Shown: piece by piece, positions 1-13,611 of the stretch
Numbering within the stretch: position 1 is the stretch's first letter
How the letters are laid out: each line of letters begins with the position of its first letter
Origin: Octopus sinensis
Lineage: Eukaryota
Direction: 5' to 3'
Assembly (NCBI RefSeq): GCF_006345805.1
Contig: NC_043001.1
Location: 47,368,001 to 47,432,000 of the forward strand
Length of the DNA stretch: 64,000 nt
Program-made: the position numbers and the translations under genes
The notes under the pieces: generated by a model
The model's input: only the letters and a program-made list of their open reading frames with translations
What the model was told of the DNA's origin: nothing
Database searches by the model: none

Positions 1-120
1 AGGCTTTGGTCGGCCCGAGGCTATAGTAAAAGATACTCGCCCAAGGTGCCACGCAGTGGGACTGAACCCGGAATCATGTGGTTGGTAAACAAGCTACTTA
101 GCACACAGCCATTCCTGCAC
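1..120 (-). mobile_element. tRNA-head SINE, family A (head only, cut by window edge)
   Basis: The reverse complement reads GGCTGTGTGCTAAGTAGCTTG...CCGGGTTCAGTCCCACTGCGTGGCACCTTGGGCGAGT (A/B-box-like head). The same sequence recurs at 19959, 24909, 25481, 35709, 40711, 52223 and 60200. Confidence 0.85.
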
Positions 121-148
121 CTCGCTTTTGTTGCTCAGTGTAGGACAA

Positions 149-333
149 GCCTTGTTAGCCACTGCAATCGTACTGGGAGGCTTCTGCAGCTTTATAGACT
201 TTGAAGATCACCCAACTATCTTGATGGTATTGGTAGAGACATACAACATGAAACTGAGAACATACAAAAGCTAATGGAAGACGAAGATTCCTGGCGCAAC
301 GTCATGAAACTCATCTCTGTGGCGTCCGCTTGA
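149..333 (+). mobile_element. RTE-clade LINE 3' remnant
   Basis: Manual translation gives DGIGRDIQHETENIQKLMEDEDSWRNVMKLISVASA*, resembling the RTE ORF C-terminus (D..D...M.DR..WR). Confidence 0.55.
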
Positions 334-1024
334 AAAGTTAATCATTTGCTTTTCACATTATTAATAAATAATTTAACAACCCCCCCAACCCCGATAGTAT
401 TGTGAGTTTTGTCCGTTTAAGCGTAGAGCAATGGACGAAAAAGCTTATTAAATTATTTAGCTTAATCTCTATAGATTCTAAATACAAGATTGGCTCGAGA
501 AGATTTTGTTCTTCTACTCTTCGAAATCGCTTTACGAAAAGTACTTATAGTATTCTGGAATTACTTAAATTCAATATATAACACTCTAATTGGGTCATGA
601 TATATCTCTAATTCTAATTTTGCCACCACCTCACTAGAAGGAATTGGAAAATATATTAACTGATAAAAAGCAATCAACCGAGCCGCAATACAGAATCTAG
701 ACTTCAATCTAGTAAATGTTAATTATTTTTACAAAGTATAATCTAGTTTACAGTTCTCTTTTACATCAAATTTCTATCGTTTGTCCTTCAAAAGAACTCC
801 TAAAATGCTATTTATGTTTCACAGTCCTTAAACGATCCATCTCTCTATCTCGAATACTGAGACAAGACGAGGAAGCCCAAATATAACCTCTTACCGACAT
901 GACCACGAATTAGTCATGAGAGTTTGTAGCTTGAGAAAAAAAAAGAGTCAAATCGACAAAGTACTGATTTTCCAGCCGCATTGTAGGTGGATTTTGTAAG
1001 TGTGTATTCGTATATGCATCTAAA

Positions 1025-1660
1025 TGCGAGAGTTCTACAGAAAGTAATGCAAAAGTGGGCATGAGTCTTTTTGTTATAGGTCTCTTTCTCTTGAGTAACT
1101 CTTCTTCTTGTTCTTCGTCATTGTAGAGAAATATTGGGTTCCAGGCGGAGCAGCGTGTCGTTAATAAGTTCTTCACGAAGGAGAGGTGTAGACTGTCCGA
1201 CATGTACAGAAGGCTATTGATTGTTTAAGAGAGATGATACCATTGGCAAGTGTGTGCACAGATGGATGAAGTTTAAAGAAGAGGAAACTGTCACAAAAGA
1301 CATTGAACACAGTGGGAGACCATCAACTTCGACCCGAATCATCAGCGAGTGGACGGCTTGATTCGCGCAGACAGACGAGTCAAAATCTGTAAGCTTGTTG
1401 CAAAACTGGACAGTGGTCACAATGCATTACAGAAGATGGTGGAAGACTTCGAGTATTGGAAGGTACGTGCAAAGTAGGTACTTCTGCAGTCGACACCTGA
1501 TTTGAAGGATAGAAGGTTAGAAGTCAACTCTGATTTTCTAGACGTCTGAGGTCAATGAAAACACGATTTTCCGATTCTGTTGCGCGATATAAAATGTGAG
1601 TATATCTTGGTTCATACGTTCTGAATAATTGATATAAAACATTACTTTCATAAGTAACAT
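1025..1660 (+). mobile_element. Decayed mariner (DD34D-type) element, N-terminal transposase half
   Basis: Mariner-like TIR GCGAGAGTTCTACAGAAAGTAATGCA near 1026. Broken frames read QAEQRVVNKFFTKERCRLSDMYRRLL, VHRWMKFKE..SGRPSTS and VDGLIRADRRVKICKL..EYWKVRAK*V. A partial right TIR (CATTACTTTC) lies near 1640. Confidence 0.75.
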
Positions 1661-1936
1661 GGTTGTAAAAAATTAGGAATATGTATCAAATGATGCACGA
1701 ACGCAGGGGAATATGTCCTATGTATCACATATGATGCACAGGACAAGCAAACTGAGTGCTAGTTTGACGCAGGTGACAACTTACCACAGTACCATCCTCC
1801 TATAAGAATACTATAAGAATAAGCGGAATATATTCGCTTTTGTTATTTATTTGCTTATCCACATGAAGTCTATTATTGCTAACGATGTCATTATTGTTGC
1901 GGTTGTAGCAAACGAGCAATTTATCATAACATTAGT

Positions 1937-2142
1937 TTCAAATTTTGGCACAGGGCCAGTAATTTCGGGGGAGGGGGCTAAGTCGATTGCATCGACTCCA
2001 GTATGCAACAGGTACTTATTTTATCGATCCCAAAAGAATGAAAGGTAAAGTCGACCACGGTGGAATTTGAACTCAGAACGTACAAACGGAGGAAATGCCC
2101 CTAAGCATTTTGCTCGGCGTGCTAACGGTTCTGCCAGCTCGC
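1937..2142 (-). mobile_element. SINE family N monomer (tail B)
   Basis: The reverse complement carries GCGAGCTGGCAGAACCGTTAGC...GTTCTGAGTTCAAATTCC...TTTCATTCTTTTGGGATCGATAAAATAAGTACC, shared with about ten copies in the window. Confidence 0.85.
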
Positions 2143-2986
2143 TGTCCTAAATTTATCATATTACTTTAAATTTTGTCTTAAAAGTAATATTTAAAGAGAT
2201 AGCAAAGACTAAAACAAAAAAATCTGCAACAATGAGTCTATCGCTCGTTTACCGCTACCTTTGTACCCAGTACCCATTTAAAATTTCTCAGGGCCTCTCC
2301 CCACCCACACGTAGACACCAGGGGGCGGTAACGCTCACTTTGAAAAGCACTGCAGTAGACTGAGTTGATTTCGCGAGGTAGATAAAAGGAAACACTACGT
2401 TTAATCAGTTTATCTCTACGCCGAAAAAACGAAAACCCACCCACATCTATTAATATATTTATGCTATTCAACTCGAGTACAATGCAATTTTGATCATAAT
2501 GCAGCTCATACTTTTTCTAGACATAAATCAATAATATTTTATTCTCTTCTCTTTTACATACGAGAATACTGCTATCCTGCTCCGAATTAGATCCTGTACT
2601 AATTTTCTCGCATTATCCACGAGAAAATACTGTAATTGAGATGTTCGACTAGTTAAGGTGCTGGATTGGACAACGTACTTTTACTTTATGAGTTCAAATC
2701 CATACATAGTGTGTGATTTTTTTTAGCATAACCTTGAAATCTATATTGCCTTTATTCACCTAGCAATCGGAATTAGTCAGACTAATTAGACAGCGCATGA
2801 AAGCAGAGTTTATCAGTTGTCTTGGTCTACTTTGTCATTCGATTTGGGATCTGGTTCTGACAAGTGGATCCGTACGTTCGCAAAATCACACTCGACGTTA
2901 ATGAAGCAAACTCAAACTACCTAGTTGTTGTTTGCATCAGTTCAGTTCACAAAATTGAATCATTCCGTTTGTCTTGAAGATGTGAT

Positions 2987-3008
2987 ATATATATATATAT
3001 ATATATAG

Positions 3009-3053
<45 letters not shown>

Positions 3054-3364
3054 GTATATATATATATTATGTATATGTATATATCTATCTATATATATAT
3101 ATATATCTATATATATATATATATATATGTATATATCTATCTATCTATATATATATCTATATATAATATATATATATATATATCTATATATATATATATA
3201 TATATCTATATATATATATATTTATCTATCTATATATATATATATCTATCTATATATATATCTATCTATATATATATATCTATCTATATATATATATCTA
3301 TATATATATATATATATACATATATATATACATATATATATACGTATATATATATATATATACA
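2987..3364. repeat. Compound (AT)n/(ATCT)n microsatellite
   Basis: Directly visible; it produces the YIYI pseudo-ORFs. Confidence 0.97.
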
Positions 3365-3366
3365 TA

Positions 3367-4291
3367 CAGCGTGTTTAAAAAAGTTTGATATCATTTCGCA
3401 ATCTAATAACTTTGCCAGTTCTTGTTCAAATGACTTCAAGTTTTAACAGCATGTGTAGAAACAGGTCAAAATTTTATGTTTAATGTTTGCTATGTTTATC
3501 TTTTCAGGTAGAGAAATGGTATTCACTAGAAGAGAAAAGGCGTGTTATGTGTTGGAGTATGCTCGAACACAGTCGAACAAGACTGTGCAGCGTGCATTTG
3601 TAAGAGAGTTCTCTAAAACGTCACCAACGGCAATGCAGATTTGGACATGGCAAAAACATTCAAAGAGAAAGGCTGTCTGCGCAGAGCAAAAGGATCTGGA
3701 CGACCACTAACATCGAAAGGGACGGTTGAGCAGGTTCGCCAAAACTCTTGCGAAGCCTCAAGAAGTCCATAAGAAGAACAAGTCTGAAACCTAGATTCCT
3801 CCAACGACAGTTTGGAGCATCCCGAGGAAACACTTGCTAATGAAGCCCTACAAGTTGCAGCTCTTTCAGGCCATAACGGAATATGACAGGCGAAAGCGCA
3901 AACACTTCTGTGTTGATATGCAAGAGAAACTTGAAGAAGCTGAGTTCAGGGAACGTCTTGTTTTCAGTGATGAGGCCACATTTCATACGAATGGCAAAGT
4001 CAATAAGCATAATGTTCGCATTTGGGGCGAAGAAAATCTCTATGCCACAGTTGAGTATGAGAGGGACTCACCAAAAATGAATGTGTTCTGCGCCATCTCC
4101 AAGAAGCATCTTCATGGCCCGTTTTTGTGAAATCGTTCATGGAATCCACACACCTTTGAATTTCTCATTCAAATTTGGAGAATAAATCTTATGTTGCTCA
4201 ACATTAAGCCTGTTTAGTTTCATTTCCTTTGACTATGTAGTTTCTGTGATATATACATCTCAGATGATATCAAATTTTTTGAAACACCCTG
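3367..4291 (+). mobile_element. Internally deleted Tc1/mariner element (DUF4817-type N-terminus, DD41D/rosa-like motif)
   Basis: TIRs CAGCGTGTTTAAAAAAGTTTGATATCAT and CAGGGTGTTTCAAAAAATTTGATATCAT, with TA at 3365-66 and 4292-93. ORF pieces read VFTRREKACYVLEYARTQSNKTVQRAF and LVFSDEATFHTNGKVNKHNVRIWGEEN..GPF. The second and third catalytic residues are missing. Confidence 0.9.
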
Positions 4292-4335
4292 TAAACACAC
4301 ACACACACACACACATTATGAATATACATACATAC

Positions 4336-4366
<31 letters not shown>

Positions 4367-5219
4367 CACACATATGACTGCTACTAAACTCAATCAAGAA
4401 AAATATAGCATCAACAGTCACACAACACAGATAAAAAAAAACGTCAACAGAGTACTTTAATTTAAACACAAGAGGTTATGTTTATAACTTTTATCAAGCC
4501 CTATACTACACAAACGGAAATGAAATGCTTGCTGCAGAGCTTTTTCATAGATTAAGGAATATCTATCTTACGCAGCCGCACTGTGACACGGACACACACA
4601 CTGATACTCCTCGCCCATACATATCATACAGGCACACATGCACTTGGATAAAAGAGACATTTGGTATTATCCCGATGACCCTGCGTAACCTGTTACTTCA
4701 ACACAGATGACACAGCTACTTCAGTTATCAAAATATTACTGATAACTTATCTTTATGGCCAACAAGAAAGCTATGTCAGTAATTCTTTGGCTTACCCTGC
4801 TGCTCGGCTTATATCATAGAATGCCGGGTAAGTCGCTGATGACGAAGAATAAATAAATGAAGAGACAGCTTTCTATGTGTGCATATATGTGTGTGTGTAT
4901 AAATATTTATCTAGCAATAAAGGTATGCATGTGTATGTGTGTTTGTACATGTATGTGTATATCTGAGTCCATGAATGTACGTGTAATGTATAAATACGTG
5001 CGTGGCTTACGCATATGTGTGTGTGCGTGTTTGCGTACGTGTGTGTGTGTGTATTTGTAAATGTATGCGTATATATTTGTCCATGAATGTACGTCTAATG
5101 TATAAATGTGTGCATAGCTTAAGTACACACACACACACACCACACACATATATCATTCGCCATGATAGATCGGTAGCCACCACACACATTTTTTTCTGTC
5201 CTTGTTTCTTTCTGTGTTC

Positions 5220-5255
5220 CTTTCCGTGGAAGAGCGTAGGCTCGAAAAGTAAAAG
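5220..5255 (+). ncRNA. Minimal type I hammerhead-like motif, subfamily 1 (degenerate), in a Penelope-like 3' fragment at ~5150-5330
   Basis: CTTT-CCGTGGA-A-GAGC-GTAG-GCTC-GAAAA-GTA-AAAG, with helix I CTTT/AAAG and helix II GAGC/GCTC. Confidence 0.5.
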
Positions 5256-5324
5256 ACTTTTTCTATTCCTGTTTGTTTTCTACACCACCAGGCTTCGTCT
5301 TTTGTTTTATTTTTCGTGAATTCT

Positions 5325-5398
<74 letters not shown>

Positions 5399-5759
5399 TC
5401 TAACGTTGTTCGGGATTTAAATGGCATAGTTTGTATATATGGTACAGTTAAGTTGAAACATTTGATTCGGGGAAGTGCAGCATTGACAACAAAACATTTG
5501 TGGAGCAAATGAAGGGCTAATTCGAATAAATGATACGCCATGCATCTGTTTGCGAGATTCCAAGCCCTAACCTTGTCATGGAAAAGTGGGTGGGGGTACG
5601 TGATTTTTGAACGCACCAAAATGTTCTCTGTGGATATAATTCTCTTTTGCGGCTGTCGGTGCCGTCGCTACTACGCTGAACAATCAGCTGACACAAGAAC
5701 TACATATATGTGATAAATTAAGACCGTGGGCGCGCTCAACAGCACTTCATGAGAGAAAT

Positions 5760-5999
5760 CTATATGAAGGAAATGATGTGGTAAGGGGTGGAGATTGGCT
5801 GAAGTGTTAATGCAGTATTCCTGACCAGGCGAATACTACGCTGCTCATCAGTTTCCATTGCTCTTGCAGTAGTTGTACATGCAGCATTCTGTGATTGTTT
5901 AATTGAAGTTTCATGTGACGAATCGTTTGCTCTCCTTCTTTTCAATTTCTCTGCTGCCGCCGTTTTCCGACTGAGGGAGGATCTCTTTTTTGGAGACAT
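5760..5999 (-). pseudogene. Helitron Rep-helicase N-terminal (STPR-like) fragment, copy 1
   Basis: MSPKKRSSLSRKTAAAEKLKRRRAN..ARAMETDEQRSIRL resembles the basic/ETxEQRxxRL N-termini of animal Helitron proteins. No Rep or helicase motifs follow. Confidence 0.4.
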
Positions 6000-6544
6000 T
6001 ATGTCAAGAAATGTGACGTAATAAACTACGATGACAAACTTACTTCCTTCTTATTCTCCTCTCTTATTTCACTCATACATCTACTATCAGATGTACGTAC
6101 ACAGAACCTAATTATCATCCCACATAGCTCCACCCAATTCGAAAAAAAAAAACCCAACTTACCTACGACTATATAAAGCTAAGATAAACCCAAATGTCCC
6201 ACAATCCGACGAAGGCTACCGTACTGATACTTCTAAGTCAATTTTACCCCTCTTCTAGTAAATGTATAATAAATATGTACTCTACAAATATTATTAAGTA
6301 ATTCTTTTCAATTTAATGTTAAGTTGTTTATTTTATAATTCAGCGTAAGACCAAACATTAGTGTATATATCGGGGATAGTCATAATTTTCCAATTAAACA
6401 CGGGCATTATATATTTAGGTCTTCATTTCACCTTCATTATTATGATTATTTTAGTTTCTTTGTCAAAGCTCCTTCGTCACACATCCTGTGACCTATCAGC
6501 GACTCTCTATTCCGCTTGTCTCCTCTTGTTCTACTTATTCCATT

Positions 6545-6628
<84 letters not shown>

Positions 6629-6737
6629 TGTCTGTCTGTACGTATGTGTGTGTGTGTGTGTGTGTGTGTATTTGTAAATGTATGCGTATATATTTGTCCA
6701 TGAATGTACGTCTAATGTATAAATGTGTGCATAGCTT

Positions 6738-6775
<38 letters not shown>

Positions 6776-6841
6776 CATTCGCCATGATAGATCGGTAGCC
6801 ACCACACACATTTTTTTCTGTCCTTGTTTCTTTCTGTGTTC

Positions 6842-6877
6842 CTTTCCGTGGAAGAGCGTAGGCTCGAAAAGTAAAAG
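6842..6877 (+). ncRNA. Hammerhead-like motif, subfamily 1 (duplicate of 5220)
   Basis: Identical to 5220-5255 within the tandem duplication. Confidence 0.5.
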
Positions 6878-6947
6878 ACTTTTTCTATTCCCTGTTTGTT
6901 TTCTACACCACCAGGCTTCGTCTTTTGTTTTATTTTTCGTGAATTCT

Positions 6948-7012
<65 letters not shown>

Positions 7013-7282
7013 TAACGTTGTTCGGGATTTAAATGGCATAGTTTGTATATATGGTACAGTTAAGTTGAAACATTTGATTCGGGGAAGTGCAGCATTGACA
7101 ACAAAACATTTGTGGAGCAAATGAAGGGCTAATTCGAATAAATGATACGCCATGCATCTGTTTGCGAGATTCCAAGCCCTAACCTTGTCATGGAAAAGTG
7201 GGTGGGGGTACGTGATTTTTGAACGCACCAAAATGTTCTCTGTGGATATAATTCTCTTTTGCGGCTGTCGGTGCCGTCGCTA

Positions 7283-7612
7283 CTACGCTGAACAATCAGC
7301 TGACACAAGAACTACATATATGTGATAAATTAAGACCGTGGGCGCGCTCAACAGCACTTCATGAGAGAAATCTATATGAAGGAAATGATGTGGTAAGGGG
7401 TGGAGATTGGCTGAAGTTGTTAATGCAGTATTCCTGACCAGGCGAATACTACGCTGCTCATCAGTTTCCATTGCTCTTGCAGTAGTTGTACATGCAGCAT
7501 TCTGTGATTGTTTAATTGAAGTTTCATGTGACGAATCGTTTGCTCTCCTTCTTTTCAATTTCTCTGCTGCCGCCGTTTTCCGACTGAGGGAGGATCTCTT
7601 TTTTGGAGACAT
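7283..7612 (-). pseudogene. Helitron N-terminal (STPR-like) fragment, copy 2
   Basis: Same as 5760-5999, but one extra base near 7419 extends the ORF to 109 aa. Confidence 0.4.
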
Positions 7613-8156
7613 TATGTCAAGAAATGTGACGTAATAAACTACGATGACAAACTTACTTCCTTCTTATTCTCCTCTCTTATTTCACTCATACATCTACTAT
7701 CAGATGTACGTACACAGAACCTAATTATCATCCCACATAGCTCCACCCAATTCGAAAAAAAAAAACCCAACTTACCTACGACTATATAAAGCTAAGATAA
7801 ACCCAATGTCCCACAATCCGACGAAGGCTACCGTACTGATACTTCTAAGTCAATTTTACCCCTCTTCTAGTAAATGTATAATAAATATGTACTCTACAAA
7901 TATTATTAAGTAATTCTTTTCAATTTAATGTTAAGTTGTTTATTTTATAATTCAGCGTAAGACCAAACATTAGTGTATATATCGGGGATAGTCATAATTT
8001 TCCAATTAAACACGGGCATTATATATTTAGGTCTTCATTTCACCTTCATTATTATGATTATTTTAGTTTCTTTGTCAAAGCTCCTTCGTCACACATCCTG
8101 TGACCTATCAGCGACTCTCTATTCCGCTTGTCTCCTCTTGTTCTACTTATTCCATT

Positions 8157-8236
<80 letters not shown>

Positions 8237-9269
8237 TTGTCTGTCTGTACGTATGTGTGTGTGTGTGTGTGTGTGTGTATTCGCTTTTGTATGTTGCTTC
8301 AGATGAAACGTGTGTACATATACATAGCTATGGAAAGGCATTAAAAAAGATACGAGTTTTAGTCTTGTAAGGTAAAGTAACAACCAAACCAATTCACAGA
8401 ACAACCAAGTCACAGAACGTGTGTGAGAGTTAAATATTTATTTACGTATGAGTTCTTGCTTTTGTGCAAACACACACACTCTCACACACACCCACACTTA
8501 CATTATATATTTATATATATCCACTAACACATGAATACACACATACATAGACAAACACATTGACAAACACTTATAGTATTTTAAAACTTTTTATGATCTA
8601 AAAATACGTATTTTTCACTCTCTCTCTCTCTCTGTATATATATATATATATATATAGTATCGAATTCTTTATCAGATAACGCTTGAAACGTTGTTAACAT
8701 ATTCTCATATAGGTTAAATGCCTATACATTCTAATATATACATCCCTCTATAAATATATATTTATATAAGTATATTCATGTGTGAATATATATGTATATC
8801 ATACGTACATAGATTTATATTTATACATACACGAACACGTATGATGATACATTATAAATGTACGCACATACGAATAGTGTTACAGTAAGAATCTAATCTT
8901 ATCTTCTTCCACGGTAATCCTCTTATATAGTTTATCGCTTCAATTAAATTAGCATCTTCTGATACAAATGGCTGCCACACTGTAGTTGGATTCTTATTTA
9001 ATAAAATACTATTAAATCTCTCTCTCTCTCTCTCTCGTTATGTGTGTGTGCGTGCGTATATGCATATATGTGTGTACGTGCATGCATACATATATATATG
9101 TATATATGTATGTATGTATGTATATATGTAAGTATGTATGTATGTATGTAAGTATGTAAGTATGTATGCATATATGTATGTATGTATGTACATATATATA
9201 AACATGCAAGTATTGGGTACTCTTCGTTTTTGTATTTCCAAACATACACACACACACACATACACACAG

Positions 9270-9323
<54 letters not shown>

Positions 9324-10683
9324 GCAGAGAATTAGAGAAAGAAAAAGAGAGAGGGAGAAAGAGATAGGAGAGTGTGAGGTATGTAGATAGATAGATAGAT
9401 AAATAAAGAGAGAGAGAGAGAGGTGGGGGAGCAGATTTAAATGTGTAGTATTGAAAATCAAAATTTAGTGGTGGCAACCATTTATGACACAGTTTAATAT
9501 TAAATCACGTATACGTACTATATCATATCATGCAGTCTCGCGTCAATTGAAATCGGCTTCTCACCAAGATCGATTGAATATTTCTGAAAGAAGATTGCTT
9601 TGGAGCTCAAATAACCGATGAAAGCCAATGGGCAGATAGTCATTGTAGCTGAGACCAGCTCACGGTCGCTGTGATTAACAAGAGCCTGCAGATAGGAGTC
9701 TATATCAGTGCATGATGCTCCAATTAGGTGAAGGGTATAGGCTAGAGAACAAAAGTCTTTTACCCTAAGGTACCTGCTGAAGTTGCAGAAAGATTCTAAG
9801 CAATGCAATAGCTTCAGGCAGAGGAAATAATAATTTATACAATCACACGAGTTAAGCTACAGTAAGTTTTGCTATAGGATTTTCCCCCAGTATATACTAG
9901 GTGTTGCATTTCAGTTCACTCTAATGCAAAGTTACGAAATCTTTTGATATGTACATATACGAAAAACTGAGGACTTTTACTCAGTACACGTAAAGTCAAT
10001 ATAATACTTCCTTTTTTGGTATTGAGTGCTAGCAGTTATTCTAAATATTAGCGCCACCAAAAAAAAAAAAACCACCCTCCTGGAATTTCTTAAATGAATA
10101 ATTTTTAATAAAATGAAATTTTCCGGAGATACCGGCCATAATTTAAGAAAAAATTACCAGAGTTGAATTTGTTGGTACGGCTGATTTGTATGATATAGGC
10201 ATTAGAATATACCCGCATAATCCCTGTTATTTCTAGCATGGCTAAGCAACCTTGAAGTTTATTTAAAAGTGAGAGATAAAAAAATTAAAAAGAAATATCT
10301 AAAAAGCGAGTGAGTACTATTCGACAAATATAGGATACAAAGGTAAAATTGACGTAACAGAAAATTTACTCAAATTGGGAAACAAGTGTGAAAATATTGT
10401 TAGGGGAGTAGTAGAAAACCGTCAAGAGGGCGGTTATATATATATATAAGCGTGTGTTTGTGTTTTGTGTCTGTTTGTGTGTGCATGTGTGTATATACAT
10501 ATGATACATATTTTTTATAATTTTGTACATATGTATATATAGGTGTGTGTGTATGTATAATCTGCGTGATTGTGTGTGTGTGTGTGTGTGTATGTGTGTA
10601 CGAACTTGTGCACGCGAGTATGATTATGCATGAAAAGTATGCAAGGCCTTACCTTGAAATATGATGGTGGAAGGACATGTAAA

Positions 10684-10744
10684 ATGGATGCCAATCCAGA
10701 TTCTCCATTGTCGCTTGTGACGTCAGCTATGTCGCAAATAGCAG
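10684..10744 (+). CDS. Candidate coding exon MDANPDSPLSLVTSAMSQIA(phase 1)
   Basis: Unique non-repeat island, open frame, donor GCAG|GTAATG. Its phase matches the exon at 16023. An alternative minus-strand reading (10757-10653, donor CAAG|GTAAGG) also exists. Confidence 0.35.
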
Positions 10745-13044
10745 GTAATGGCTTCAACTACATTTGTTGCCTAATATACTAGAACTTTAGGGGTTTTCAC
10801 TCTTAAAGCTGTTTTATATATTTCTCTGCATATGAGTTTTCAATTGTGAGTGTGTGTGTGTATTTATGTAAGTATTCCTCGAAGTTTACTTTTTAGGTTT
10901 GGCTAAATCAGAAAGTAATTCCGTGAGATAGAGAAATAATTGTATTATCTCTTATCTATTGTAAACGCAATATTCCTTAGACACCCAGGCAAGTTTCAAT
11001 GTAAGTGAGGCGTTTTCTTTTACAATTATTTTTACTTTTCCTCACGCTTTGCTAAATTCTAGCAAATTACAATTTTGTTGCAGTGAAGCAAGAAAACAAG
11101 TGGCAAAATTCTTCACCAAAAAAAGAAATAACAGCAACTCTTTGATGCTGTATACTACTATTACGTCTTATACAATATATATGCAAGCACGTATATATAA
11201 CTTGACAGACACAAAAGCTAAAACTATGGCAAGTTTTCTCAAGCCTTTTTGCGATGCCAACTGAGATTAACAGCTGGCGTTGCTCACACTTCTAAGAATA
11301 TGCGAGTCTATGGAGGAAACGGAATGGTTAATCAGAAGTTATCTATTCACAGCCAATGGCTAGCCCCCAAACAGACGTCCAGATTGAATGTATTTATTTA
11401 TTCTCCTTCTAGAGCCACCGACGATCATGCGCAAAGGTCAGAAAGTTTAAGACAGACAAGATGTTCGTAAGCTGACATAACATTTAGAATAGAAGAAGAA
11501 AGAAACAGAAGTGAAAATCGTGATAAGGCGGACGCGGGCAAGATAGAGTCAAGATATAGAACGAAGGATATACATATATAAACATACGTTCAGGCATCCG
11601 CTTTCTAACCTCCTCATCCTTGTTTCTCCCTCTATGCGTGCGAGCACGCACGCACACACACAGACGACCACATACACACACACTCACATATATTATACAT
11701 ATATAATATACGTATATATACATATACGTATATATATACATATACGTATATATACATATACTTATGTATATATGCATACATATTTGGATGCGTATATACA
11801 TACATTTACAAATATGAATTTATACATGCATACACACAGATATACGTGTGTATTATTTTCATGCGTAACTTCAAACGTATGCAAAAATACACAATGTGTA
11901 CGTGCATGTTTAATTTGCGTGTGTTCGTATATATATTTTGGCCAAATCTTTAATTTGACCGAACATTCAGAAGAACTCAATACTTATATAAATAACAATA
12001 AAGCAAAAGTTTATAACAAATGTAAATAATTTAAGCAACGCAACTATGCTTTCACCCAAAGTGGGATTCTCAGAAACCATAACACTTTGTATCTTTGGCT
12101 CGCCGTATAATTATTTAAGACATTTTTCAAGTGAGTATTTGTACCATTTTCGAATAAATATTAAGTCTGAAATACAGAAAGTTAGAAACAGATAATATTT
12201 TTAGCCGACAAATTCATTTGAAAAAAATGAGAAAGATCGCCAGAGAAGCTAATTATGTGACTTGCGAGCCTACTACAACCTCTCATGCAAATATATATAT
12301 GCTTATCCGTTTATGTACAACTATATACACACGCACGTTATGTTAATTCTTGCCTATTTTTCTCTCTTGTCAAATGACGTTATAATCTCTCTTATGACGT
12401 TTTCTTGGATTGGAATTTTATTTATTCATTATAGCTTTGTAAATTTTAACCATTATTTTTTTTTTCGAATATGGTGCAAAATACTTGGAATCGGCTGAAG
12501 CCCTTTTGTAATGATTATGCTACGTCTAACAAATCTAAAATTTTCAACCTCTAAGTGTAAGAGCAAAGATTTTTCACAATAACAAATGTATTACGCGCGC
12601 GTGTCCCTTTTATCGCCTTATTAGAAACCCATACGGTTATATCTACACACTCGAATCAGGGGAAGATAAAACACAAGAAAGAAGGGATGTTGCTGTTGTT
12701 GTTGTTGTTGCTGTTGTTTTTGTTATCATTAATGGTGATGGTGATGATGATGAAGATGAGGATGATGGTGATGATGATGATAGAACGAATTAAGAGTTAA
12801 AGAAACAGTAAAAGTAATGTAATGGACGGGAGAAGGAATGAGTTGACCATCAAGATAGCACTGCATGTTCTAAATGAAAGGCAATATGGAATGGAATGCC
12901 GGAAATCATAAAACCTTAATTTAGAACACGAAGATGGAAGATGTGGTTTATAAACTCATATTTGATAAACAAATTAAACAAAACTATAGAAACAAGTTGT
13001 TATTGATTAGCCATAGGTCAGACTTGACAGTGCAGATCTAATAT

Positions 13045-13611
13045 CCTTTCTACTATAGGCACAAGGTCTGAAATTTGGGGGAGGAGAATAGACGATTACA
13101 TCGATCCAAGTACTCAGCTGGTGCTTATTTTATCGATCTCGAAAGGATGTAAGGCAAAGTTGACCTCAGCGGAATTTGAATTCAGAACGTAAAGACGGGC
13201 AAAATACTGCTAAGCATTTTGCCTGGCATGCTAACGTTTCTTATTTCTTTATTGCCCACAAGGGGCTAAACATAGAGAGTACAAACAAGGATAGACAAAG
13301 AGATTTAGTCGATTAGATCGACCCCAGTGCGTAACTGGTACTTAATTTATCGACCCCGAAAGGATGAAAGACAAAGTCGACCTCGGTGGAATTTGAACTC
13401 AGAACGTAACGACAGACGAAATACCTATTTCTTTACTACCCACAAGGGGCTAAACACAGAGGGGACAAACAAGGACAGACAAACGGATTAAGTCGATTAC
13501 ATCGGCCCCAGTGCGTAACTGGTACTTAATTTATCGACCCCGAAAGGATGAAAGGTAAAGTGGACCTCAGAACGTAACGTCAGACGAAATACCGCTAAGC
13601 ATTTCGCCCGG
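13045..13611 (-). mobile_element. SINE family N trimer with 16 bp TSD
   Basis: Three head-to-tail core units; AGTGCAGATCTAATAT at 13029-13044 and 13612-13627. Confidence 0.92.

Larger units (their letters stand above)
5054..8279. repeat. Direct tandem duplication, unit ~1.61 kb (about 5054-6670 and 6671-8279)
   Basis: Offset is 1612-1617 bp throughout; identical ORF translations at 6361 and 7973; boundaries lie inside (GT)n tracts. Confidence 0.97.

Noticed and set aside
910-1203. 97 aa minus-strand ORF
   Set aside because: It is largely antisense to the mariner 5' end on the plus strand.
9518-9808. 96 aa minus-strand ORF in non-repeat DNA with a possible donor TTG|GTGAGA
   Set aside because: No recognisable motif and no linkable partner exon; it may be an old TE. 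Worth a BLASTX but not supportable.
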